Source: an uncultured delta proteobacterium (lineage in GTDB: Bacteria > Myxococcota > Myxococcia > Myxococcales > Myxococcaceae). From it: DNA of 64,000 bases. The notes beneath the pieces were generated by a model. It did not search any database, was not told the DNA's origin, and worked only from the letters and a program-made list of their open reading frames with translations. The translations under genes and the position numbers were made by a program. Where the stretch lies: contig CAVZMH010000022.1 of NCBI GenBank assembly GCA_963776345.1, forward strand, positions 448,001 to 512,000, written 5' to 3'. Shown in pieces: positions 1 to 9,288 of the stretch (the first letter of the stretch is position 1; each line of letters starts with the position of its first letter).

Positions 1-1
1 C

Positions 2-511
2 CTGGACCGCGACGGCTGGCTCCACACCGGGGACCTCGGGCAGCTCGCCGACGGCTTCCTCGAGGTGACTGGCCGGAAGAAGGATCTGCTCAAGACCTCC
101 ACCGGCAAGTACATCGCTCCGTCGGAGCTGGAGCTGAAGCTGAAGGTCGCCTGTCCGCACGCGAGCCAGGTGCTGGTGCACGGGAACAACCGGCACTTCG
201 TCTCCGCGCTGATCTCCCTCGACCCCGAATCGATCCAGGCCTGGGCCGGCGCCCACGGCCACGGGCAGCAGAGCTACCAGGACCTGGTGCGCTCGCCGGA
301 GGTCTTCTCGCTGGTCGAGCAGTGCGTCACCGCGCTCAACGGCCAGCTGCCGAGCTTCGAGACCATCAAGCGCTTCGTCATCCTTCCCCAGGACCTGACG
401 GTGGAGAGCGGAGACCTCACCCCGAGCCTGAAGCTGAAGCGCCAGCTGGTGGAGCGGAAGTACAGCGCGCTCCTCGACGAACTCTACAAGGACGCGCTGG
501 CCCAGCTTTAG
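2..511 (+). CDS. Long-chain fatty acid-CoA ligase (AMP-dependent synthetase), 3' part; 5' end outside window
   Basis: Frame from base 2 reads LDRDGWLHTGDLG...VTGRKKDLLKTSTGKYIAPSELE...LTPSLKLKR, the FACL C-terminal signature. Confidence 0.9.
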   Translation: MDRDGWLHTGDLGQLADGFLEVTGRKKDLLKTSTGKYIAPSELELKLKVACPHASQVLVHGNNRHFVSALISLDPESIQAWAGAHGHGQQSYQDLVRSPEVFSLVEQCVTALNGQLPSFETIKRFVILPQDLTVESGDLTPSLKLKRQLVERKYSALLDELYKDALAQL

Positions 512-534
512 GGCCGGCTCCCCTTGCGCCAGGG

Positions 535-1011
535 TCAGCGCTTTCGGGGGGCACTCCGCTGGCCGGACGTGCGCGGTTTCCGGCGGGCGCTGCCTGACCG
601 TCGGGGCCCCCGAGGCGACGAGGCTGCCCCCCGCTTCGCCTTCGGCGCCGGCTTCCGGTTCCCGCCCTTCCGGTACCGCGGCTCGTACAGCTGGACCCGC
701 AAACCGCCAGGGGCTTCGAAGTAGGTCACCAGTCCGTACCCGTGGTCGGCGACCGGGCCGGTGAAGCGTACGCCGCGCGATTCCAGGTCGGCGACCGTGC
801 GGTGGATCTCGTCGCAATAGAAGGAGACGTCGTGCGTGCCCGCATCGTCGTCGTCCTCGACCGGGTGGACACCCAGATCGCCCTCGGGAAAGTCGAAGAT
901 CCACCAGCCCTCGCCGATGTCGCTCCCCGGGAGGCGGACCCGGTCCCGGAAGAAGGCACGGGTCGCCTCCGGATCCGACGAGTAGAACAGTCCGTGGATG
1001 CCTCGGATCAT
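535..1011 (-). CDS. VOC/glyoxalase family protein with Arg/Lys-rich C-terminal tail
   Basis: MIRGIHGLFYSSDPEATRAFFRD...SFYCDEIHRTVADLESRGVRFTGPVADHGYG...PGGLRVQLYEPRY. Confidence 0.85.
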   Translation of the reverse strand: MIRGIHGLFYSSDPEATRAFFRDRVRLPGSDIGEGWWIFDFPEGDLGVHPVEDDDDAGTHDVSFYCDEIHRTVADLESRGVRFTGPVADHGYGLVTYFEAPGGLRVQLYEPRYRKGGNRKPAPKAKRGAASSPRGPRRSGSARRKPRTSGQRSAPRKR

Positions 1012-1077
1012 GCGTGCCCTCCTCATCGAACCGGCCCTCGATTCGAGCGGAAGCCTTGGCGCTTCGCAAGGACCCGG

Positions 1078-1671
1078 CTACGCCGGATGTCGTTCCTCCA
1101 GGTCCGCGGCCAAGGAGCGGCGCACGTCGTCGCTCAGCGGCGCCCGGTGGGAATAGCTCGGGTGGTCCGCCACCAGCGCCGCGGGCTGGGCGAGGTCGGC
1201 CAGGGCGCGGGCGGCGTCGCCCACCGGGAAGCGCAGGTACTGGACCGCGGAGATGCTGCGCCCGTCGTCGCGGCCCTCCTCGAAGAACCGGGCAGGTATG
1301 CGCCTGGAGCCCAGCTCCAGCCGGAGGTGGCGGGAGAGGCCGGTCAGCCGCTGGAGCTCTGCGGCGACGACCTCCTCGGCTCCCCGGAGCTCGATCATCA
1401 TTGTGGCCGACAGCTCGCCGGACCCCGGCACCAGGTCGTTGAAGCCCACGAGCTCCTCGGCGATCCCCTCAGGGGAGGAGATTCGCTCGGCGCGGAGGAT
1501 CTCCTGGACCTGGAACTTCACGGTCAGCCGATTCTCGAAGATCAGCGTCATCACCGGCCCCAGCGCCACGCGGCGGTGCTGCTTGGCGGCGATGACCTCG
1601 CGCCGGAACTCGTCGCGCACGCGCTCGTAGACTGGCAGTGGCCAGAGGTCCTTCTCGGTGAGCGGAATCAT
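1078..1671 (-). CDS. DUF3501 family protein
   Basis: [23 protein letters not shown]...FENRLTVKFQVQEILRAE...SAVQYLRF; ATGA-coupled to the upstream Fe-S gene. Confidence 0.88.
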   Translation of the reverse strand: MIPLTEKDLWPLPVYERVRDEFRREVIAAKQHRRVALGPVMTLIFENRLTVKFQVQEILRAERISSPEGIAEELVGFNDLVPGSGELSATMMIELRGAEEVVAAELQRLTGLSRHLRLELGSRRIPARFFEEGRDDGRSISAVQYLRFPVGDAARALADLAQPAALVADHPSYSHRAPLSDDVRRSLAADLEERHPA

Positions 1672-3125
1672 GGCAGCTCTTTTCCGGGCTCCGTCCCGGG
1701 TGCCGCCGGAGTAGGGACCGTCCCGTCCCCGAAGTAGGCCCAGTGCAGCAGGCGCACCGGGTGGAACGAGCGCCGCCCCGTCTTCTGGGTGAGCTGCAGC
1801 CCTGCCAGCGGGCAGTCGCTGGAGACGGCATCGGGCTCGGCGGCGTCCACCGCCCGGGCGGCCTTCTCGGCGACCTTGAGCGACTCCTCGAAGAACTCGG
1901 TCTTCATCCCCCAGGTGCCGTCCATCCCGCAGCAGCGGTCCACCAGGGTGACGTCCGCGCCCGCCCATTTCAGCAAGTCTCGCCCGCGGTAACCGAAGTT
2001 CTGGACCCGGTTGTGGCAGGCGACGTGGAAGGCCACCTTGCCCATCGGGGCCTTGAAGTCGTGGGGCAGCTTCTTCGCCCTGGCCTGCTGGAGGAGGAAG
2101 TCGCTGAGGTCCATCACCGCCGCGGCGAGCGCCTTCGACTCGGGGCCCGGCACCAGCTCGGGGTATTCGGTCTTGAGGAGGAGGGTGCAGCTCGGCCCGG
2201 GGGAGACGATGGTCTTCCCCGCCCGCACCGCCGGGCCGAGCAGGGCGAGGTTCTCGCGCGCCAGGGCCCGGGCGCCCTCCAGGTCCCCGCCGTCGAGCTT
2301 GGGCATCCCGCAGCAGACCTGCCGTGGGCAGTCCACCTTGCAGCCGGCGTGCTCCAGGACCTCCACCGCCTCCTGGCCGATCTCCGGGTCGTTGTAGTTG
2401 ACGAAGCAGGTGGCGAAGAGCGCCACGTCGGCGGTGGGTTCGGCCGGCGGCGCCGGTCGCTCCCGGCGGGCCCACCAGTCGAGGAAGCTCCTCCGGGCGT
2501 AGTCGGGGAGCTGCCGGTCCTGGTGCACGCCGATGGTGTGATGCATCAGGAAGCGGTTGAAGCCGTTGTGGGCCGCGGCATTCGCCAGCGGCGCCACGTG
2601 GGTCATCAGCTTGCCCACCGTGTCGGTGGCTCCGAGGAAGCGCTCCCGGAGCCCGATCCCCTTCTCCTCGACCTCCACCATCTTGGCCCGGGCCATCAGC
2701 CGCGGGAAATCCACTGCGAACTCGTGCGGCGGGACGTAGGGGCACTTCGGGAAGCAGAGCTTGCACTGGTAGCAGAGGTCGACCACCTTCCGGTAGTCGG
2801 CGGCGTCGAGCCGGTCGACCGGGTTCTCGGTGCCGACCTGCACGTGCTTCAGCTTCTCCGCCGCCTCGTGCTCCTCGATCATCGGAGCGTCACCGAGGTG
2901 CTTGCCCTCCGCCTCCTCGCGCTGAGGGTCCTTCGCGTCGATGGTCTCGATCATCACTGCGAAGGACGGACAGAGGTTGAAGCAGAGCCGGCAGCCGTTG
3001 CAGATCTCGAAGACCCGGTGGAGCTCCTCCTGAAGGTGGCCCCGCGCGAAGAAGCGGGGGTTGTCGTACCGCAGGGCATGCGGGTCGGACCCCTCCGGAG
3101 GCGCGCCGTCCGCCGTGGGCTTCAT
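1668..3125 (-). CDS. Fe-S oxidoreductase (GlpC/HdrD-like; 4Fe-4S and CCG domains), rubrerythrin-associated
   Basis: [11 protein letters not shown] and [12 protein letters not shown] ferredoxin motifs; CCGMP and CCGMDG CCG motifs. Confidence 0.9.
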   Translation of the reverse strand: MKPTADGAPPEGSDPHALRYDNPRFFARGHLQEELHRVFEICNGCRLCFNLCPSFAVMIETIDAKDPQREEAEGKHLGDAPMIEEHEAAEKLKHVQVGTENPVDRLDAADYRKVVDLCYQCKLCFPKCPYVPPHEFAVDFPRLMARAKMVEVEEKGIGLRERFLGATDTVGKLMTHVAPLANAAAHNGFNRFLMHHTIGVHQDRQLPDYARRSFLDWWARRERPAPPAEPTADVALFATCFVNYNDPEIGQEAVEVLEHAGCKVDCPRQVCCGMPKLDGGDLEGARALARENLALLGPAVRAGKTIVSPGPSCTLLLKTEYPELVPGPESKALAAAVMDLSDFLLQQARAKKLPHDFKAPMGKVAFHVACHNRVQNFGYRGRDLLKWAGADVTLVDRCCGMDGTWGMKTEFFEESLKVAEKAARAVDAAEPDAVSSDCPLAGLQLTQKTGRRSFHPVRLLHWAYFGDGTVPTPAAPGTEPGKELP

Positions 3126-3140
3126 CGCCGGCTCCTCTGG

Positions 3141-3569
3141 TCAGCCGTCGGCCTGGATCTGCTGCAGCCCCTTGGCGAAGCGCCCGGCGTGGGACTTCTC
3201 CGCCTTGGCCAGGGTCTCGAACCACTCGGCGATCTCCGCGAAGCCCTCCTCGCGAGCCTGGCGGGCGAAGCCGGGATACATCTGGGTGTACTCGTAGGTC
3301 TCGCCGGCCACCGCGGCCTTGAGGTTCTTCCCGGTGTCGCCGATGGGTTCGCCGGTCGCCGGGTCCCCGACCTCCTTCAGGAAGTCCAGGTGGCCGTGGG
3401 CGTGGCCGGTCTCGCCCTCGGCGGTGTCACGGAAGAGCCCGGCGATGTCTGGACGCCCTTCCACGTCCGCGTCCTTGGCGAAGTAGAGGTAGCGGCGGTT
3501 GGCCTGGCTCTCGCCGGCGAAGGCGGCCTTCAGATTCTCGTGCGTCTTGCTTCCCTTGAGCGCGGGCAT
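3141..3569 (-). CDS. rbr: Rubrerythrin (short form lacking the rubredoxin domain)
   Basis: [28 protein letters not shown]...[10 protein letters not shown]...[14 protein letters not shown]...EKSHA; GGAGG RBS. Confidence 0.95.
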   Translation of the reverse strand: MPALKGSKTHENLKAAFAGESQANRRYLYFAKDADVEGRPDIAGLFRDTAEGETGHAHGHLDFLKEVGDPATGEPIGDTGKNLKAAVAGETYEYTQMYPGFARQAREEGFAEIAEWFETLAKAEKSHAGRFAKGLQQIQADG

Positions 3570-3720
3570 CGATGTCCTCCTGGATGGATCTGGTCCTGAG
3601 AGTGGAACGTGATTCTCCGGCGCGTGCGGAGGTCAACTGGATTGGCCCGGCAAACGGTCACACCGACCGAGCGGTGGCTGCACCGCCCGGTGGTTGAATC
3701 GAAAGCCGAGTTCGCGCTGG

Positions 3721-3740
3721 AGCTCTCTGCTTCGAGAGCT
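3721..3740. terminator. Short hairpin downstream of the 3777-4001 gene
   Basis: AGCTCTC-tgcttc-GAGAGCT perfect 7-bp stem; no U-tract. Confidence 0.25.
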
Positions 3741-3776
3741 GCGCTGCCGCTCATGCCTCGCCAGGTGCAGGCCGGC

Positions 3777-4001
3777 CTATCTGGCCTGCTTCCGGACCGG
3801 CTTGGGCGAGAGGTGCTTGGCCAGCTGCTGCGCCTTGATGGCCAGCTCCTCCGCGCTCTCGGCCATCTTCTCCGCGGTCTCCTGCAGCTTGTACCCGGCC
3901 CGGGCCACGGCCAGATGCAGCTTGTCGGTGGCCTTGATGTTGAGCGCCTTGGCCTTCGCAGCCACCACGTCGATCCTCTTGTTGATGTCCCTCGTCTTCA
4001 T
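3777..4001 (-). CDS. Small Ala/Lys-rich helical hypothetical protein (74 aa)
   Basis: MKTRDINKRIDVVAAKAKALNIK...; GGAGG RBS; host-like codon usage. Confidence 0.7.
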   Translation of the reverse strand: MKTRDINKRIDVVAAKAKALNIKATDKLHLAVARAGYKLQETAEKMAESAEELAIKAQQLAKHLSPKPVRKQAR

Positions 4002-4040
4002 TGCATCCCTCCGCCGTCGTCCTGGTCGCACGGAGGGCGT

Positions 4041-4055
4041 GCATCGGCCATGCCC
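4041..4055 (-). promoter_or_regulatory. Sigma54-like -24/-12 element
   Basis: Minus strand gGGcatggccgatGC (GG-N10-GC), 40 nt upstream of the 4001 ATG. Confidence 0.3.
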
Positions 4056-4210
4056 TGGAGAGCGAGACGCCCCAAGCCACGAGGTCCCTTGGGACAAGCG
4101 CGACGGGTCACGGGCGGCGTGCTCGACCGACGCGCAAACGGTGCGGCCGAGGTAGGGGAGTGGGGCAATCGGCCCGCTCGACAGTGAGGCGGGCACCTCT
4201 CGCGCGCTGA

Positions 4211-4460
4211 CGCAGCAGTTCCAACACTCGGCGCGAGCTCCGTCGAATTCCCCCCGCCGCACCCGATGGCCAGAAGCGCGACTGCTCCAACTGCGATGCG
4301 GCCTGCACCATCTGGAAGAACTGCGGGACGTGGAACTACGACGCGTGCATGACCGACTGCAAGGCGGCCGGCGACCGGAGCGACGCGTACCTCAACTGCC
4401 TGAAGGCAGCGAGCTGCGAGTCGCTGGATTCGGAGCCCGGAGGCCGGACCCTGATCTTGA
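4211..4460 (+). pseudogene. Cys-rich secreted-protein remnant (no start or signal peptide)
   Basis: Frame reads DCSNCDAACTIWKNCGTWNYDACMTDCKAAGDRSDAYLNCLKAASCESL after an in-frame TGA at 4208-4210; 3' boundary approximate. Confidence 0.45.
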
Positions 4461-4555
4461 GATCCAGGCGCGTCCACCGCCCGGGCGGCCTCTCGCGCAA
4501 CCCTCTCCTGGAGGATCGCTGGACACGCAAGCCTTGCGAGGCGGCGACGGAGGGC

Positions 4556-5110
4556 TCAATCACCGAACTCGCTCACCCGGTCGCTCGGCCGGAGCGCGGA
4601 GACGTACTGGTGCGGCCCGTGCTCGCCGAGCGCGTAGCGATACTCGGCGCGGCGCTCCTCGGTGGCGAAGAAGCTGAGGAGCGAACGCGGAATCGCCCTC
4701 ATGGTGGGAAGCTGCTCCACCGGAAACGCCGCCGTTCCTACCGACTATTCACGTACCGGAACTCCTGCCCGACGTGCACGAACGGTCCCCACGGCGCCGC
4801 GGTAGCAAAGGACGAGACACCCGGCCGCAGCGGCTCTGCACCAGGTACGCCGTGGAGAAGATGAACATCGCATCGACGGTCTGCGAGATGCGAACGCAGG
4901 CGTGGCTCTCCAGACCGAGCCTGGTCGCCATCGTGGCCACTGTCTCCGCGTCGGCATCGCTGTACCCGCGCACGTTCCGAGCACGTGGGCCACCCTCGCG
5001 TCACGCTCCAGAGGCGCCGTCAGGCGGGCGGCGGCGAGAGCCTCGACGAGCTGCGGGTACACCGGGAAGGGAGGGAGACAGGTCCCGCCAGCGATTCGCT
5101 CGAGGGTCAT
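4556..5110 (-). pseudogene. Lipase class 3-like pseudogene with frameshifts and internal deletion
   Basis: Segments VAHVLGTCAG / YSDADAETVATM...DAMFIFSTAYLVQSRCGR / LCYRG / PWGPFVHVGQEFRY / EHGPHQYVSALRPSDRVSEFGD* lie in changing frames; no GxSxG core. Confidence 0.65.
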
Positions 5111-5326
5111 CGGCCGACGCCGCCATCCTAGGGCGGAGGACCTGCGCCGGGGCGCTCGAGGGGAGCCTCGCGCCGGGTCCGGTCCGCCCGAAGGCCCCTT
5201 CTTCCGGGGGCTTGAGTCCGTCTGCCAGCTTTTGACCCGATCTTGCGCATTAGGAGGGGCCGCCGGGCTGTCGCCGCCTGCCGGTCCGGCTCGCCTCGCA
5301 CAGACACACGCTCAAGGAGGGGCTCA

Positions 5327-5677
5327 ATGAATCGAACGACGCTCGCGGTCCTGTTTCTGCTGTCTGCCGGCTGCTACCACGCATCCATCGAGACCGGGAT
5401 GAAGCCGGGAAGCGAGCGGATCGAGAAGGAATGGGCCGCCTCCTTCGCCTGGGGCCTCGTTCCGCCGGACACGATCGAGGCAAAGAGCAAGTGCACCAGC
5501 GGCGTGTCCAAGGTCGAGACGCAGCATTCCTTCCTCAACGGACTGGTCGGCTCGGTGACCCTCGGCATCTACACCCCGATGGACCTCACCGTGACCTGCG
5601 CGGCCGCAGGGAGCGCGAGCCTCCCGCCGTCGGAGACCGGCGCCGCGGCGAACGCCGGCGTCGCCAGCTTGCCCTAG
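5327..5677 (+). CDS. Bor/Iss family lipoprotein
   Basis: Lipobox LSAGC; SFAWGL...CTSGVSKVETQHSFLNGLVGSVTLGIYTPMDLTVTC; AAGGAGG RBS. Confidence 0.85.
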   Translation: MNRTTLAVLFLLSAGCYHASIETGMKPGSERIEKEWAASFAWGLVPPDTIEAKSKCTSGVSKVETQHSFLNGLVGSVTLGIYTPMDLTVTCAAAGSASLPPSETGAAANAGVASLP

Positions 5678-6810
5678 TCGCGGCTGCCCCTCGGGGGTCG
5701 CCGTCGCCGCCCGGCGCGTTCCACTGCTTCGGGCAACAGTCCCGCCAGACGGGCCTCGTCGAGCAGGGCCTCGTCCACCGAGGGCCCGTCGGGGAGCACC
5801 TGCCTGGCGTGGGCGCGGAGCAGCGCGGCGAGCGCGACGTCCTCGCACAGGCGCCGCGCCGTCCCCGCGTCCAGCCCCGACGCGGCCCAGAGCTCGGCGC
5901 GCCGGGCCTTGGGGACACCGTGGGCGCGCAGCCAGGCACGTTCGACGGCGGCGATCTCCCCCTCGGTGGCGCGCAGCCCGAGCCCTCGTGCCCACCCGGC
6001 GAGGAGCGCCCGGTCGAGCCCGCGCTCGAGGAGCGAGGGCGCATCTCGGTGCGCCCGGAGCACCGCGAGGACATCGGTGCCGCGCACCGGCCCGTGCCGG
6101 CCCGCGAACGATGGTTCGACCAGGCGCTGCCGACGTGCCGCGGCCGATGGGTGGGACGTCCGTGGCTTCCCTGGCCCGCGCACGGCGAGCGCCTTCAGGA
6201 GGCAGGCCCGCGCGTCCCGGGCCTTGACGTCCTCGCCCGCCTTCCCGAGGAACCGCTCGACGTCGGCCCAGCGCCTCCGCAGTCGCCCGGGCACTGCGCG
6301 CTGGAGGGCGGGCCACGTTCGGTCGGTGAAGTGGATCCCCGACGCGGCGCGCATCAGCGCGCGCGCCTCGGCCGGACGAAGCACCCTGGCCCGGACGGCG
6401 GCCTCGGCGCGGTCGCGCACCGTCACCAGCGGAACCGTGAACCCGCGCCATCCGTGCTCGGCGCCGGCGTGAAGCAGCGCCACGTCGGCGTCGTCGCGCA
6501 CCTGGCCGTCGCGCACCCAGGCGTGGACGCGGCCGACGCCGCGCATTCCCTCCGAGGCGAGCTCGGCTGCGCGCAGGGCCCCCATGCTCGCCGCCCCGAA
6601 CACCCGCACCCCCGCATCCAGCGCGGCGCGCAGCTCGTGGTGCCACACCGATGGTGAGGCCTCGAACACCCCATCCACCAGGGCGATGGCCCGCGGCAAA
6701 ACGGTGAGCGCGCGCCAGATGTCGCCCCGGCGTGCCGGAGGCCAGAGCTCGAGCTCGCCGAGCGCCCGGGCTTCCGGGGCGGGCAACGAGGGGCCGAGAA
6801 AGGCGATCAC
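5674..6810 (-). CDS. tfuA: TfuA-like protein with C-terminal helical extension
   Basis: GTG start; FLGPSL...PPARRGD...LVDGVFEASPSVWHHEL...GAASMGALRAAEL...DDADVALLH. Confidence 0.9.
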   Translation of the reverse strand: MIAFLGPSLPAPEARALGELELWPPARRGDIWRALTVLPRAIALVDGVFEASPSVWHHELRAALDAGVRVFGAASMGALRAAELASEGMRGVGRVHAWVRDGQVRDDADVALLHAGAEHGWRGFTVPLVTVRDRAEAAVRARVLRPAEARALMRAASGIHFTDRTWPALQRAVPGRLRRRWADVERFLGKAGEDVKARDARACLLKALAVRGPGKPRTSHPSAAARRQRLVEPSFAGRHGPVRGTDVLAVLRAHRDAPSLLERGLDRALLAGWARGLGLRATEGEIAAVERAWLRAHGVPKARRAELWAASGLDAGTARRLCEDVALAALLRAHARQVLPDGPSVDEALLDEARLAGLLPEAVERAGRRRRPPRGSRD

Positions 6811-6839
6811 CGGTCCGGCGCGGTGCTGACTCCGGCCGC

Positions 6840-7991
6840 TCACAGGAGCTCCGACCGGCGGAGGCCCGGGACGAAGGCCCGCACCACCGCGACGCCCTCG
6901 GCGAGGGAGGCGAGGGTGACCACGGCGATCTCTGGGTGCCCGGCGCGGTGGAGCGCCGCGACCACCGGACCGGCGCCCGCGGGGTCCTCGAGGCGACGTG
7001 CCGGCCGGGTGGTCCTCCGCCTGGTGGGCGCCGCGCATGCGGCCCGGAGCCGCCGCGCCGACGCGGGGTCCATGGGAGCCACGTCCTCGCGAGCGCCGTG
7101 GGTGTCGGTCACCCGGGACTGGACGGCCTCGAGGAGCGCCCCCAGCCGGGCCTCCTCCCGCGTGACGCCAGCGGCGTAGCCTGCGGTCAGCGGAATGACG
7201 TCCCGCTGCGCGTCGAAGACCAGCGCCCCGGCGAGAGGGAGCACCACGACGCCGGGCCCTGCCGGTGGATCGAGGTCGAACAGGCGCGCTTCGAGCCCGC
7301 GGGTCCCGAGTCGCTCGACGAGCGCCGCCACCGTGGGCGTGTCCTCGAGCGCGCGGCCCTGCACGGCGTGTGCGGCGACGGCCGCCTCGGTCCAGCCCCG
7401 GGGCAGGGCGCGGTGGAGGAGGTCACGCTCGACCAGCTCGAGCAGCGCGTGACGAAGCGCGAGGTTCGCCGAGCGCGGGTGGGCGCCCAGCCCGTTCGAG
7501 GTCCAGGCGATGCCCAGGTCGGGAACGCCGGACGAACCGGGCGGGCTGCAGGTCACCGCCGCGGCGGGGACCCACAGCGGCCCTCCGTCGCCGAGGCGAT
7601 GTGCCACCCGCCAGGGCCGGCGCTGCGCGCGTCTCCACAGCGCCGCTGGGCGGAGTCGCGCGGAGGCCGGAAGCAGCTCCGGGCCCCAGGCACGCTCCCC
7701 GGCCGGTGGCGCGCCCCAGCGGACGTCGTCGGGGGTGCGCTCGCTGGCCCAGAGCTCCGCCGCCTCCATCGCCGCGCTCCACAGCGCGGTGGCGTCGGTG
7801 AGCCCCTTGCCGTTGCACACCTGGAGCACGTGGCCGCGCGGCCGGATCGCGCAGGCGACGGGGAGGTCGCTCCGGTCCAGGGCGCCGACCCGGGCGAGGC
7901 GGGAGACGCCGACCCGGTCGAGGAGCGCGGCCGACGGCGCGTCTCCATCCTGGGCGAGGCGAGCGGAACGGAGCATCGACCCCGGGAGCAT
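6840..7991 (-). CDS. ycaO: YcaO-like family protein (TfuA-associated type)
   Basis: NGKG, SAAMEAAE, WTSNGLGA, LLELVERD, LLEAVQSR, VPGL motifs; TAGAAT -10-like hexamer at 8020-8025; start may be 7976. Confidence 0.9.
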   Translation of the reverse strand: MLPGSMLRSARLAQDGDAPSAALLDRVGVSRLARVGALDRSDLPVACAIRPRGHVLQVCNGKGLTDATALWSAAMEAAELWASERTPDDVRWGAPPAGERAWGPELLPASARLRPAALWRRAQRRPWRVAHRLGDGGPLWVPAAAVTCSPPGSSGVPDLGIAWTSNGLGAHPRSANLALRHALLELVERDLLHRALPRGWTEAAVAAHAVQGRALEDTPTVAALVERLGTRGLEARLFDLDPPAGPGVVVLPLAGALVFDAQRDVIPLTAGYAAGVTREEARLGALLEAVQSRVTDTHGAREDVAPMDPASARRLRAACAAPTRRRTTRPARRLEDPAGAGPVVAALHRAGHPEIAVVTLASLAEGVAVVRAFVPGLRRSELL

Positions 7992-8199
7992 CCACCGGAT
8001 GCTTCCTGGTCGGGCGAGAATTCTAGGGGTGTGAGTCATCGAGGCCCGGGGGCTGGCCAATGCGGTGACCGGCCAGTCGCTGTCAGCCGGTACCGTCGCT
8101 CGGGGAGCGCTCCGACGAGCCCTCGCACCGGGATGCTACGCTCGCGTCCGAGCCACGCGATCGAGCTCGAGACGAGCCATGCATCGGAGGGTGCGGCGG

Positions 8200-8562
8200 A
8201 TGAGCGCAGCGGAACGGAGCCCCACGCCTCTCGGCCCGCTCGACGCGATGAGGGTGGACCCCGAGCACCACGAGGTCCTCCTGGAGAACGAGCACGTCCG
8301 CGTGCTCGACGCCAGGGTCCGTCCTGGCGAAGAGACCGCGATCCACACCCACGTGTGGCCAGGCGCCCTGTACGTCATCAGCTGGAGCGACTTCCTCCGG
8401 CTCGATCCCGACGGAAAGGTCCTCGTCGACTCGCGAACCATGGCCTCGCCGCCGGGGCCCGGGGAGTGCCTGTGGGGGCCACCCCTTCCGCCACACCGCG
8501 TACGGAACATCGGCGACGCGGAGCTGCGGATCATCGCCGTCGAGCTGAAGACCCCGGGCTGA
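8200..8562 (+). CDS. Cupin domain protein
   Basis: PEHHEVLLENEHVRVLD...HTHVWP...PHRVRNIGDAELRIIAVELK; GGAGG RBS. Confidence 0.85.
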   Translation: MSAAERSPTPLGPLDAMRVDPEHHEVLLENEHVRVLDARVRPGEETAIHTHVWPGALYVISWSDFLRLDPDGKVLVDSRTMASPPGPGECLWGPPLPPHRVRNIGDAELRIIAVELKTPG

Positions 8563-8693
8563 TCCCAGGGGCTGGCTCGCTCCGCCGGGGACCGAACTCA
8601 CACTGCAAGACTGGGCCGGGCCGTGCGCCTGTCATCGCCCATTGCGCCTGGGCGCGGCGCGCGGCAGATAGTCCGGACCACGGAGGTGGGACC

Positions 8694-9125
8694 ATGCAGA
8701 GCAAGGCGACCGCGGAGTGGCAGGGCGATCTGATGAGCGGCCAGGGGAAGATCAGCGCCGCGAGCGGGACCTTCCAGGGCGCGAGCCTGAGCTGGAAGGC
8801 GCGGACGGAGGGGGTGGCGCGCGCGACCACGCCCGAGGAGCTGCTCGCCGCGGCGCACGCGAGCTGCTTCTCGATGGCGCTCTCGCACGCCCTCGCGCAG
8901 GGGGGTCACCCGCCGAAGCGGCTCGAGACCAGCTGCGTGGTCGAGTTCGGCCCGAAGGCCGGCGGCGGGTTCGAGGTCCGCTCGTCGACGCTCGAGGTGA
9001 AGGGGTGGGTGCCGGGGATCGACGCGGCGGAGTTCACGAAGGCTGCCGAGGGCGCGAAGAGCGGGTGCCCCATCTCGGCGGCGCTCAAGATCCCGATGTC
9101 CGTCAAGGCCGGCCTCCAGCAGTAG
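8694..9125 (+). CDS. osmC: OsmC family peroxiredoxin
   Basis: ATAEWQGDL...TPEELLAAAHASCFSMALS...AKSGCPISAAL; GGAGG RBS. Confidence 0.93.
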   Translation: MQSKATAEWQGDLMSGQGKISAASGTFQGASLSWKARTEGVARATTPEELLAAAHASCFSMALSHALAQGGHPPKRLETSCVVEFGPKAGGGFEVRSSTLEVKGWVPGIDAAEFTKAAEGAKSGCPISAALKIPMSVKAGLQQ

Positions 9126-9288
9126 CGGCGCCGCAGCCCGGCGCTGGTCGAAGTGCTGGCAGCGGCCGTGAGCTGAGCGACATCGCCCCGCGGCGCGGGG
9201 AGGTCCCTCGTTGCGGCGACCAGGGGAGCGCGGGCACGCTCCGTCACCCCGGAGCCTTCTCGAGCATCCAGCGGGGCGGGAGGACGCG

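Noticed and set aside
5327..5677. Bor lipoprotein as a prophage marker
   Set aside because: No phage structural, lysis or integrase genes nearby
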